Shown here piece after piece: positions 63,106 through 64,000 of a stretch of DNA of 64,000 nucleotides. The notes under the pieces were generated by a model, which was given only the letters and a program-made list of their open reading frames with translations, did not search any database and was not told the origin of the DNA. A program made the position numbers and the translations under genes. The DNA comes from an uncultured Gemmatimonadales bacterium (GTDB taxonomy: Bacteria > Gemmatimonadota > Gemmatimonadetes > Longimicrobiales > RSA9): the NCBI GenBank assembly GCA_963816355.1, contig CAWFKH010000001.1, forward strand, positions 1-64,000. Direction: 5' to 3'. The stretch's first letter is position 1, and each line of letters opens with the position of its first letter.

Positions 63106-64000
63106 ATGCCGCAGAACGGCGTGAACAGGGCTAAGCCGTTCCACACAACCGCGTTCGGGCGAATCATCTGCGGCGATAGCTTGCAGGCGCTGTCTGCCCG
63201 TGCAGAAGGCTCGGTTAATCTCATCATGACCAGCCCGCCCTTCGCGCTCGTGCGAAAGAAGGACTATGGAAACGTCGAAGCCAACCAGTATATAGACTGG
63301 TTTCGCCCGTTCGCGGGGGAGTTCAAGCGCGTCCTCACCAATAATGGCAGCCTCGTTATTGACATCGGCGGGTCCTGGAAGAGGGGCTATCCGACCCGAA
63401 ACCTGTATCACTTCAAGCTGCTTGTTATGTTGTGCGAGGAGTTCGGGTTTCATCTTGCGCAGGATTTCTACTGGTGGAATCCGTCAAAGCTCCCGACGCC
63501 AGCAGAGTGGGTAAATATCCGCCGCATCCGGGTTAAGGATGCGATCAACACAATCTGGTGGTTATCGAAAACGCCTTGGCCGAAGGCCAGCAACCGGCGA
63601 GTCCTACAGCCTTACAGCGACAGTATGCAGGATCTTCTCGAAAGAGGCTATAAGGCGAAGAAGCGCCCATCCGGGCACGACATCAGTGAGAAATTTAGCA
63701 TCAACAATGGAGCGGCGATCCCGCCCAACCTGATCGCCATACCCAACACGGAAAGCAACAGCTTTTATCTGCGCTACTGTGAGGAGAACGGCCTAAAGCC
63801 CCACCCAGCGCGGTTTCCAACGGATCTACCAGAGTATTTCATTCGGATGCTGACAGACCCGGGCGACTTGGTCGTGGATCCGTTCGCAGGAAGTTGCGTC
63901 ACCGGCGAAGTGTCGGAGCGCCTTCAGAGAGAGTGGGAGTGCATTGAGCTTCTGCCGGCGTATTGCGAGGCTGCCCTTGGACGTTTTATTCGCCCTGCCG
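63106..64000 (+). CDS. Site-specific DNA methyltransferase, beta class, probably N4-cytosine (partial)
   Basis: Translated by hand: GDSL..TSPPFALVRKKDYGN ... HPARFP ... VDPFAGS; SPPF precedes FxGxG as in M.PvuII; no stop before the window end. Confidence 0.9.
   Translation, partial: MPQNGVNRAKPFHTTAFGRIICGDSLQALSARAEGSVNLIMTSPPFALVRKKDYGNVEANQYIDWFRPFAGEFKRVLTNNGSLVIDIGGSWKRGYPTRNLYHFKLLVMLCEEFGFHLAQDFYWWNPSKLPTPAEWVNIRRIRVKDAINTIWWLSKTPWPKASNRRVLQPYSDSMQDLLERGYKAKKRPSGHDISEKFSINNGAAIPPNLIAIPNTESNSFYLRYCEENGLKPHPARFPTDLPEYFIRMLTDPGDLVVDPFAGSCVTGEVSERLQREWECIELLPAYCEAALGRFIRPA

Larger units (their letters stand above)
59200..64000. mobile_element. Lower-GC genomic island (left edge approximate, continues past the window end)
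   Basis: Abrupt appearance of A/T-ending codons; restriction-modification cargo; no integrase seen in this window. Confidence 0.65.

Overview
This is a very GC-rich bacterial chromosomal segment. The gene repertoire suggests Gemmatimonadota, but that is an inference. Positions 1-59000 hold about 48 mostly housekeeping or accessory genes. They include S41, S9, S8 and M3 peptidases, an Rrf2-nirK-porin cassette, several sensor kinases, a lytic transglycosylase, mscS, rsmD, pstCAB-pstS, a TRAP transporter, ccdA-tlpA, msrA, pfk, infA, an amidase and an ABC-2 transporter. From about 59200 the composition becomes visibly more AT-rich. This island carries a 24-aa peptide ORF, a frameshifted membrane HD-GYP protein, a zinc-ribbon protein and an RHH-endonuclease-methyltransferase restriction-modification locus that runs off the window end. 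The main signals missed by the ORF track are: (1) an exported peroxiredoxin with an in-frame UGA at the catalytic position and a SECIS-like hairpin, a probable selenoprotein; (2) a small-peptide/HD-GYP pair, a candidate peptide-sensing c-di-GMP module; (3) a promoter-driven structured RNA candidate at the island edge; (4) two arrays of GGAAG-linked covarying hairpins; (5) a MerR-type promoter with a collapsed merR remnant; (6) a DUF1697 pseudogene. All product calls come from motif recognition by eye, not from database searches.
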